Source: Eledone cirrhosa (taxonomy: Eukaryota). Taken from it: a DNA stretch of 64,000 nt. The notes under the pieces were generated by a model that was not told the origin of the DNA, made no database searches, and was given only the letters and a program-made list of their open reading frames with translations. The stretch lies in assembly GCA_964016885.1 (NCBI GenBank), contig OZ024742.1:312170001-312234000 (forward strand), in the 5' to 3' direction. Each line of letters starts with the position of its first letter. The stretch's first letter is position 1. A program made the translations under genes and the position numbers. This document shows positions 27,677-39,372 of the stretch, one piece after another.

Positions 27677-27876
27677 TTAACCCTTTAGCATTTACATTAC
27701 TCTATATTTACTATTGTATTTTCAAGGTAAATACTTTATCTTACATAATATTGAATCTACGAGATGTTGATGTTATTTATTTTGAGAACAATACTTTAAC
27801 GTCAGTTTGAATGGCCAGTTACAGTAGGTTTGAGTATTCTGGCTGGATATGGCCGGTTTAAATGCTAAAGGGTTAA
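27677..27876 (+). mobile_element. piggyBac-type MITE, family A (small internal deletion)
   Basis: Perfect 14-bp TIRs and TTAA TSD. Confidence 0.88.
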
Positions 27877-30066
27877 CTGAAGGACTAAAATACTGTATAT
27901 TTTGACTTTCCTCTTTTCAGAGTCTATATATATTATAGACATGGAACAATGATAACATTGACATAATCTTTTAAAACTGTTAAAAATATTGACTAGAGCT
28001 GTTACAAATTAATGGTTATTAATTGTGCTGTCATTATTGAAAAAGTTTTGAAAAACATAGCCTTAAAACATTTAAGTTGGATCTCCCCTATATATACCAA
28101 CTACAATATTGAAAATAAATTACATGAGAATTAGTACCATGACAAGCCAGAACTAATGTTGAAAGATTCGGTGGGATTTTCTTATGCAGGCTGATATTGT
28201 AATAAAGGCATTTAGACCAAATATGGTCATAATAGAAGTATGGTGGCAGTGGTGGTGGTGGTGATGAGGTCAAAGAATGCAAGAGAATTCATTTTTTTCT
28301 TTCATACCATATAATATCCAGTGATGAATGTTGTGAAGAGAAATGGAATGAGATGTGAGATGAGTGGGTCAATTGTTGAAGAAAGATGATGAAAGTGACT
28401 GAGGTGTGAGGAATGATTGAAATGAATGTGGGAAGAAGAGGAGGAAGGAGAAAACCAATAAAGACATGGCTAAAGATGATGAAGGGGAAAATGAAAGACA
28501 GGGGTTTAGTGATAGGGGATGAAGAGGATAGGGCAAAAATCGAGAAGCTTGTCATTAGGGCCTGCAAGACTAACTCCTGTTGGTTGTGTATATAATAGTG
28601 GAGTTGAAACAGTAAAAGATAGGAATGAAAGTTATTCCTGTATCAGAGGAGAACTAGGAACAACAATAATAGTTATTCAAGTGAAACTGATATAAACACT
28701 TAAATTGATACCCAGTCTGTAGAGGAAAGGGGAAAATACAATATTCTATTCAGTATAAAAATCTTCTCAAAGTCCCCTATTGTTGGAAATGTTAGTTGTG
28801 ACTCAATTTCAGGATATAAATTCATTGACTTAACTGATGTGACAATGTTGTCACAAGAACACTGATAATAAGTACAAATTAGAAAGGACAAAGAAGTCAT
28901 GTGAACACCAACCTCTCAGTATTCCAAGTCCAAAGATATCAAAATTCTTTGGGAATTTTGTTACCCAATATCATTATATAAGATATTGAGTAGGAAATCA
29001 GATATTTGTAATGAAGGGAAAAAATTGAAGTGATGTAAAATAATTGATATCACAATACCTGATGGATGGAGTGAGACTAGAATTGGGATCAAAGAAAAGT
29101 ATCTCAAGTAACATATTGCAAATATGTGGTCAGTAAAGAAGATACATGTAATACAAATAGTTTCTAATATAATTTCTAACATTGGTACAACAAGCCCACA
29201 TATTTTTTGGTGAAGAGTGTAGTTAATTAAATTGACTTCCCACTTCCAAGATGAGAGACCCTTGAAGTCAGAGCTTACTCCAGTTAAAGTGACTGACAAT
29301 ACAAAACTTCTTACAGAATGGGACATTAGTTGATCACAATGTTAACAACCTCTAAATGTTTCTAGTACTTATTTTCATTGGAGTAGGCTGGATCAATGTG
29401 TTTAGCTCATGGACACAATGTGCCACTTGGTCCAGGAATTAAACCTCTAGCATTATGATTGTGAGCTCAACACACTGACTACTAGGCCATATAGGTACAT
29501 ACACAGTACATACTTGATTGATCCTTATTTTATCAGTACCTGAGCAGAATGAAAGGGAAAATCAATCGTTGTTAGATTTGAAATCAAAACATAAAATGAG
29601 GAATATTTCTATGAGCTAGATATGATAAAGACTTGTTGGGCCATCATCAATTTAATCAGCAGAACTGAAATTAACATGCAAGTGGCTGAGCAGTCAACAG
29701 ACACATGCACCCATAATGTAGTCCTTAGAGAGATTCAGCATGGCACAATGTGTAACAGGTACAACCCTGTTTTGTCAGCTAAGAGGACTGGAGCAATGTG
29801 AAATAAAGCTTCTTGCTCAAGGATAAAATATGCTGCTCAGTCCAGGAATGAAACTCACAACCTTACAGTCATGAGTTGAACACCTTAACCACAAGGTCAT
29901 ATACCTTCATTTATGGACTAAGGTTGGTAAATTGTATTGGCCACAATTTGATGGGTGAGAGACAAAGGAGATTCGGCAATATTTTAATACCGATCGCAGA
30001 GAGACAAAACTAAATAGTATCAATATTTAATTTGGTGCTCTATCACTTTTGGAAATCTACTTATTA

Positions 30067-30109
<43 letters not shown>

Positions 30110-30234
30110 GACCATCATAGACCATTACATGAAAACTTCACTAAAATGCTAGCTTGCTTTTAGAAAGTTATAGCAACCAAGATATGAGTTCAAAAGCATC
30201 AAACTCAATCATTAGACAAGTTGAAGAGTTGTAC

Positions 30235-30352
30235 ATATATACATACATACACACACACACATATATATATATATACACACACCCATATATATATATATAT
30301 ATACACACCCATATATATATATACACCCATATATATATATACATACACACAC

Positions 30353-30416
<64 letters not shown>

Positions 30417-30548
30417 CCATATATATATATATATATACACACACCCATATATATATATATATATACACACACCCATATATATATATATATACACACACCC
30501 ATATATATATATATATATATACACCCATATATATATATATACATACAC

Positions 30549-30582
<34 letters not shown>

Positions 30583-30736
30583 CCATATATATATATATAT
30601 ACATACACCCATATATATATATATATATATACACCCATATATATATATATACATACACCCATATATATATATACATACACCCATATATATATATATATAT
30701 ACACACCCATATATATATATATATATATATACACCC

Positions 30737-30811
<75 letters not shown>

Positions 30812-30838
30812 CATATATATATATATATATATATACAC

Positions 30839-30873
<35 letters not shown>

Positions 30874-30942
30874 AATACACACACACACATGCATATATAT
30901 ATCTATATATATATACATATACATACATACATATATATATAT
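30235..30942. repeat. Compound minisatellite [(AC)1-4 CC (AT)n]
   Basis: About 20 units of acaccc(at)n. Source of the HPYIYI ORFs. Confidence 0.95.
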
Positions 30943-32419
30943 GGAAAGCAAAAACAAGAGAAAAATATAGCTGAAAAAGGTCAATAAAGGAGTATATACT
31001 GTCATACAATACTTCCCAGATTCTCATGTAATACCAACTTGTGTGTATATGAAGCATATATCTACAGAGCAAAATTGATTATATAAACATAAATATACAT
31101 ATATACACACATATCGATGTGTATAAGCCTGTATACATATGCATGTATGTGTGACTGTATATTTATATAGATAGATAAATACGTGTGCGTATGCAATGTG
31201 TAAATAGGGAGAGAGAGAGAGAGAGAGAGATTCAATATCACTATTCTCTTTTCTCTTCAAAAGAAAGATTCAAAGAAACATATATGAAAAGAAAATGCAT
31301 TCTTCCAAGAATAGACTTGAAGATGATTTCCAAATCAGATTTTCATTTGGCATTTGCTAACATACCCAACACAAATCAGACATTAAAGGAACACACTCAC
31401 ATACACATTTGCAGCAATGTTTTCTATGTGTGTATATTCCTTGTATGTATGTATGTATGTACAAATGTGTATATATATAAGTATGGATGTATATGCACAT
31501 ATATAAAAATTGTCTTTAGACACATATACAAACTTTCAGCAAAGGGGTGGTGGCTGAACTTTTTCATGGAAGACACAACCATACAAAAGAAAAAAATACA
31601 CATAATCACAGACAAAAATAAGTTAAACATGAAATGCTTATCTATTAATAACATTCTACATCCATCAATGGGTGATTAGGTATTTTGACATTGGTCAATA
31701 GGAGGAAGTGAGAAGGTAATTGGATTATATGATGTTTCACTACACCATCCATTGCTCCCATGGGCATTAGCAAAATAACTGAAGTAAAATTGTCTGGAAT
31801 TAGCATGGCTATGAAAACAAGGGAGGTTACTCTACATCGAGAAGCCTAGTAAATGCAAAATAAGAATGAATTGTTAGATAGTATAGTTATAATTAAAGTA
31901 AAAAAATAAAAAAATAAAAAATAAAGCAAACACTGCCAAAAGGCTTTGATTGCAGAATACAAAGGGGTATAACTAAATACTGTAAGGTATTTTAAGTTAA
32001 GTATATATCAACATGTTTGTTAATCTACCAGCCTTCTTCCACAGGTATTAACCCTTTTAACCCTTTTACCTGAAACTGGTCCTGGTTCTACAATAGAAAA
32101 CTGTTTGTTTTAAAATGTTTAAATGTTTATATTTATCTACAAGCCTTCCATCATAATTTTATGTAAGAACCTTTGCTAAGTTATGTTCCAAACATCAATT
32201 TAATAATAAGAAAGTTAGTTATATTATTAAATTCCTGATTATTTTAAAAATCCTATAAGCAGTGGCTTCCATTAAAAATATGGCAATGAAGGGTTAATAT
32301 TATTAGTTTTTAAAGTTTAGCACACACTAAGAAAGTTGTAAAGAAAATAGTATAATCGACTGAAATATATTCAATACATTACTGGCTCTTATATGGGGAG
32401 CCAATGAGGAAGCTTTTAC

Positions 32420-32610
32420 GGTCACATGACCTACAAGAAATAACAGTAAAAGTCTATCACATGCACCCCCTCCGCCCTTACTGTCTTTAAAAAAAAAAAT
32501 ACTGGATAATGTAGTCAGTGACACACAAAAAGGCAGGATGGTTATGATTGGAATGCCATTTGATCATAGGTTTACTCAATCAGGGCTGACCAGGGGCTGA
32601 ATAACAACAT
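32420..32610 (+). repeat. Interspersed repeat family 5 (SINE-like, (AAC)n tail); opposite-strand fragments at ~11435-11605, 15960-16075, 33140-33200 and 55030-55110
   Basis: Shared ggaatgcc.tttgatcataggt.t.ctcaatcagggctgacc motif. Confidence 0.6.
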
Positions 32611-33717
32611 GTTACTTATTTTAGTGATGCTTAAAAGATGAAAGGCAAATTTGAACTTGGATTGTGTGGGACACACACACACACACTCTACTGTAATTTT
32701 CAATACCACTATTTATTAATATCAATCATTTCCTGTCAGAGAACACAGATAGATGGTACCTAGTTCAATATCTGGAGTGGTGAATTGGCAGAGTTGTTAG
32801 AATATTACATAGAATGCTTTGTAGTATTTGTTCCAGCTTGCTGCACATCAAGTTCAAATCCCGTCAAGATCAAATTTCCCTTTTATCTTTTTGAGGTTGA
32901 TAAAAAAAAATGTAGTCGTCCAGTACTGGAGTTGATTCTTCATCTATATCTTTTTCTCACTTGCTTTCTCTCCTCCTCTAGAAGAAATCCGCTGTGTTGA
33001 GAGTTGGAGAAGGAAGGGCTCGGCCAGATTTAAAAGGCTTAAGACATGCCCTTAACAGGACACCAGGAGTTCTCATTTTTTCTTTTTACTATTCTAAGTG
33101 AGGACTAAAAACAATGTATTAATTATGTTTTGATAATTAGATACAGGTCATCCCTAACTGAATAGATCTGTAACCAAAGATCTAGTCTTTTCCCCAAGAA
33201 AATGAGATAACCCTTTCATGATCTTATAATGAAATACACACTATTTCAATTAATTAATGAAGAATTTTGAGGGATTTGCTAGAATTATTAATTATTTCAT
33301 TACTAAGATAGCAACTTAACAATGGTTCTTATACAAAATCATATAAGATTTAGGAATCCTTTAATATGGTTAGTTTTGATTCACATAACCAGATCCACTT
33401 TTTTGGTGTATCGGTAACAAAAGGAATAATCAACAAACAACTGCCTTCAGAATTAATTTTCCTAAGAGTGTGGAACTTTACCAATCTCAGTAAAGTGAAA
33501 ATTTAAGTTTATTCTAGCAGGATTTCAAGCATGAGCTAAGACACTCTTGTCTTATTAAATAGCAAATATGAATCATTATTAAATCTGATAGCGAACCACC
33601 TGCAACTGCCACTGGCTTTACTATACAGTATTGTTTTAAAATGTTCATATTTATCTAAAAACCTTCCCTCCTAATTTTATATAAGAACCTTTGTTAGGTT
33701 ATGTTCCAAGCACCAGC

Positions 33718-33911
33718 TTAACATTTTACATCCTGTACCACATGAAACCACATATGCAAGACATTCTTCTAAGACTACATCACATTAAAAATGAAATCCT
33801 TTACTCTAATACTGAAAATGTCCACATTCTATCCACTAGTATAAACCTTTCAATTAACAAACCTGTTTTTAAATATTTTCATCCAAATCACTGTAGGATG
33901 TTAAGAGTTAA
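33718..33911. mobile_element. TTAA-flanked insertion (family C) splitting a family-B MITE
   Basis: The family-B sequence accagc-TTAA-taatg is interrupted at its TTAA, which is duplicated. The insert has imperfect TIRs (core acatcct / aggatgt). Confidence 0.6.
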
Positions 33912-35736
33912 TAATGGCAAAGCAAGTTATTTTACTAAATCCCTCCATATCATTGATTATTATTAATTTCAAAATTATGTGAAAATCATAGGCAATGTCT
34001 TTCATAAGAAATATGGTAACAAAAGCATTGAAGCATAAAATAGCCCCTCATGGTCTTACTAAATAGCAAATACCAAACATAATTAATATTCTTACTTCTA
34101 TTTGAAACAGACTGAAAATATAAACACTTAAAAGTAAGTAGGAAAAAATGTAGCAGACATTTCCAGATAATTTGGAGTAACATCTGCCAAGAAATGCAAT
34201 GAAAAACCAAACATCAGCTTCACCATCACCATTTTGCATACTTGCATGGTTTAGATGAGTCATCACGTTATGAGACAAGTCAGGTCTGGAGACCCCATCT
34301 TGTTCATACGGATTTGTATTTTGGCTTGATTTCTACAGCTGGATGCATTTCCTAACACCAACCATGCACTGGGTGGTTTTTGTTGAGTCACCATGACAAC
34401 CAAGAGATTTGAAACCATGTCCCATGAGTATATAGCCCAATACTTTATTGATTCAGCTTTATTGTTTCACTTATGCACAAAAGTAAGAATATGACTGAAA
34501 AACAATCTAAAATGAAGACATACCCCATATCCACTAACCTGAATGATCAGCTTAGTTGAGTAAAACCACATCTTAAACCACCTTCCTCTATCAGAGGAAA
34601 TCGTTAAAAGAACTAGATTGTCATTGGAAATTTGACACGACGCATACAAACACCTTCACAATTCCCAAATCGCTAGTGTTGGTGAAACCTTTACAGAGGA
34701 TGTTGTCAGAAATAAATTTACTAAAGCAGTCCCAATTACAGGCTGTATAACAATAGCATATGAGCTAATGGGTGAGCTTTCACATAGTTACATAAACTTG
34801 ACCTGTCCAATTTATCAGTGAAATCTAACTTCCATATCACTTTGAAAAAAAAAAAAAGATTTTAAGTCTCTGAATCAAAACTGTTTATTTTAAAGTGTCT
34901 GTATTTATCTAAACACCTTCTATGATGATTTTATGTGAGAACCTTTGTTAAGTTATGTTTTAAACACTAGCTTAACAAATAAAAAGTTAGTTATATTACT
35001 AAATTCTTCCAAATGCTTCATTATTTTTATAATGATTTGAACATTATAGGCAATGTCTTTTATAAGACAGTATGGTAAACAAAGATGTTATGTTAAAGTC
35101 CTAATGCAAGACACCTTGGAATACAGAATGAACACAGATAGTTAGAAACACCAATTGAATGATTCAATCAAATTAATCATCTACCTGTATGTTATGTGTC
35201 CACTGAAATGTAAATAACTACAACAACATGATCACAAACACTACAACACGGGGATGGCAACAGTTACAACACTCAAAAGACATAGTAATATAAGGCTTCC
35301 TCAAGACATGGTTGCCAGCATGGCTTTGTGATTAAGTAATTCCCTTCCTAATCATGTGGATCTGAACTTTATTTGACAGTGCATAACACCTTTAATGAGT
35401 GTCTTCCACTATACCTGTTGGTTGACCAATACTTTATAAGTAAAATATAGTAAACAGAAATTGTATATCTTTCGGTGATGATGCATATTCATGAAAAATG
35501 AAACAATGGTGAAAAACACCAATAAACCAGCACTTTCAAATAAAAATACCTTATAGTATTAGTTCTGCCCAAGTTGAACAGACAATCCCTTGTCGATTTT
35601 GCTATCATAAACACAGTGAAACAGTGATTAACCTGTTGGAAACCTGTAACCAATGGCTTGTTTCAAAATCCGATGTAAAATGGAATATGATAATAATAGA
35701 AATGAAGAGCTGAACAATAGCAAAAAACACCTGCAG

Positions 35737-35769
<33 letters not shown>

Positions 35770-36485
35770 TCAAATACAAATACACAGATATGCACACTTG
35801 GCAAGACAATAAGAATATTAATATGTATGCCAAAACAAGGACATAGAGAAAATGAATGAACAAAATAGAATATAAAATATGTATGAGTACATGCAGAGAA
35901 TTGTATATTTTCTGAAGCATAAGGGGTATATATGGTTAAAGAAGGATGGGAGGAGTAAGTGCTTAATTCAAACGGCCTTCCCCCTTCCTCCAGTATATTA
36001 TTGAAAGGATGAAATATAAAGTTGACTTGGAAAAAATATCTGAATCCAACTAAATACTGCTAGAGTATCTAGTGAAGACTTTAGTGTTTGTACTGACTAC
36101 ATTGTGGCACATATACAAATGTAGAAACACATACCATACACATCCACACTGATATATAATATATACACCAACATTGATATGTACACACACCATACGCACC
36201 CACACTGATATATACACACACCATACACACCCAAATTGATAAGTAAACGCCATACACACCATACACATTTACATTGATATGTATACACTCACAAGCACAA
36301 ATGTAGAATCCTGTACCATACACACCCACATAGATATTTGTATGCAAAAACAGAAAACAGAGCTTTTTGTTTCTTTGGTTTTTTGGGGGGTTTTAACACA
36401 GAAAAATTCATTTGGTTCCATCATTTGGTTCCATCATTTGGTTTCACTTTAGGAAATGTGAAACAGATTATATTTCTAGAATTAT

Positions 36486-36518
<33 letters not shown>

Positions 36519-36600
36519 GACTTTATAGGTATATCAATTGAAATAATAAAATAGGTTAGCTGTAATAAAGATAAATTTGAAACGATATATATATGTATGT

Positions 36601-36642
<42 letters not shown>

Positions 36643-37197
36643 ATGTATGCATATAATGGTGGTGCACCAACATGGTCACAGCCTATGTGCTGGAACAGGT
36701 AAAAGAGTAGAAATATATATATATAAATGTATGTGTGTGTATGGGTGAACAAGTGTGTGTGCATGTGCATGTGCATGTGCGTGTGTGTGTGTGTATGCGT
36801 GTGCGTGTATATATATATATATGAGATAATGAAAAAATTGCTTTCTGAAACATCTATCTTACATTAGTTAATTTACAAGGATTTATATTAGTAAAAATGT
36901 TTAAATGGCATTTAAGAAAATGAAACAGGAAAGAAGGGGGGAATGGTGAGAGAAATGAGACATTTAACAAAAGAAAAGGAAATTTTTCATTTGTTCACCC
37001 CAACCCATCACCCTTCCTTAGAATATTAAACATTACCGGGTTAACTTACAGTTGGTTTTAGGTGTATCCCTACCCAAATTTTGGCAATGGATGGGGAAAA
37101 ATAAAATAAAAATAAAAATTGTAAATAATTAATCTAAAAAAATCAAAGATTTAAATTGAGAAAAATAATTAATACTACGAATGTTAGTGCAATGTTT

Positions 37198-37228
<31 letters not shown>

Positions 37229-37783
37229 GGGTGTATATATATAAATATGGTCTTATTAAAGAGCCCCCACCTCTCCACCCCCTCAACTCACCCTGCTTTT
37301 AAATAAAACTCAGTTAAAATAATTACCAAAATGATCATGACATCAATATGTGCACAAACACACACAAACAAACATGTACACCCACGCATGCGCACACATT
37401 TCAATATCAATCATTCTTACACTAGTGTTTCATGCTTTGTAACACATCTTCAGATGTTGAACTATATATAGTAATAATATATATATATATATACATATAT
37501 AAATTAGCGATAATCGTATTTTGGCTATTGGAAATTAGCGAAAAACAACTTCCGAGATGTGTGGCAAGCGCTCCATAGAAGCTAGTGAACTAGAGCTACA
37601 ACATAAGTTAAAAGGCCAAACACACTGAGACGATGGTTAAACCATTATCCGCACAGCCATAGAAACGACCAAGTAATTTGGGTCAAACAAATCAAATATA
37701 ATTGAAAATTATACCCGGGACTCCTGGAAGGTTGGTAAAATCCAGTATTGGGTTTCTGCAACTCCTAAATCAAGTACTGTCTG

Positions 37784-37826
<43 letters not shown>

Positions 37827-37849
37827 CAAAATACTATACAAAGTGTATG

Positions 37850-37881
<32 letters not shown>

Positions 37882-38524
37882 GGGTGTTTCAAAAACATGT
37901 ATACACACTTCAATAGCATTCTAATAAATGTGTATATATTTTTTGGGGACAGCCTGTTTATATATATATACACACTACACACACATATATATATAATGTC
38001 TGTGTGTGTGTATGTATACACACACACACATAGATATCACTATATATATATAATGTTTGTGTGTGTGTAGGTGATTTAATTGCTTAGTCAGACGAGTCGT
38101 GACCTCCAAGGCTTGTAAGCATGTGGGGGAGGGGAGAGGGGGAAAGAACCAATGACTCATGCATTGCCCTCAGACCTGAGACTTGGTTCAAATGCTTGCA
38201 ACAGTGTGGTGCACTCTGTTTAAGTCAGTTGCGGGCCAGGTGCAGGTGGTGGTGTTGGTAGTGTTGAACTGGCAAGCAGATTGGGTGTTTGCTGTATGTG
38301 CATGTGTAAAGTGATACACATACATGATATGATACACATAACGTGATATACATGTAAACGAATACAACTTGGTGTATCAAATGAGAAACACCTTCGACCC
38401 TTGTAAACCCCAACCAACCATATCTCATGGGATCAATTGCAAGTTCAGCAATTATATATGGCTATTCTTTTACCATATTTATAATTATCATATTTATTCT
38501 GTGTGGTTCAATTTACTCTAACTC

Positions 38525-38638
38525 ACACATATATACATATACACACACACATATATATATATACATACATACACACACACACACATATATATATATACAT
38601 ACATACATACATACACACACACAAACACACATACATAC

Positions 38639-38669
<31 letters not shown>

Positions 38670-38804
38670 TATACATATATATATATATGTATGACAATTA
38701 TTGACACAGTGCTGGGCCCATGGTGCCATGTGACGACAAGTGCAGAGAGATCTCCAGATATTGTGAACAAAGGCACTGCACAAAGCCGTATGTATGTATG
38801 TATG

Positions 38805-38860
<56 letters not shown>

Positions 38861-38994
38861 CATACATACATACATACATACATACATACATACATACATA
38901 CACACACATATACATACATATATATATATAGGTATACTAGTAATCATTTTCTGTTACTCGAGTTTAAGAGTAACATTGATCAAGGACTGTCTCA

Positions 38995-39040
<46 letters not shown>
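38525..39040. repeat. (CA)/(TA)/(CATA)n microsatellite blocks downstream of the CXXC stop codon (likely 3' UTR)
   Basis: Direct reading. Unique islands are interleaved at 38690-38790 and 38930-38995. Confidence 0.85.
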
Positions 39041-39041
<1 letters not shown>

Positions 39042-39372
39042 TAAGTTATTTCGGGTTGAGTCGGAGGTAACCACAGTAAGTAAGGTACTCAATACATAGC
39101 AGAGTATAAAAGTTTTATGATTTCTAAAGAATGAAACAGTTCTAGTCCTGTAGAATCTCATCTATATTAAAACTTTTATATATATATATATAACACATTG
39201 AGCTTTTAACTATCTTGTTAATTCATAATAAAGTGGATCCCCCTAATTATTAATCTTAATATACACACACACCACACACACATACATATAGACACACACA
39301 TATACATATATACACGTTTAAATGGTCCCCAAATTATTAAAAAGCAAAATGATAGAAATAAACAAGTTAAGC

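Noticed and set aside
30154-31072. 240-286-aa ORFs in several frames
   Set aside because: Artefacts of the ACACCC(AT)n minisatellite.
37209-37231. Poly-G runs (also ~52137-52156 and 57257-57273) as functional G-quadruplexes
   Set aside because: Simple homopolymers with no supporting context; their length is also assembly-sensitive.
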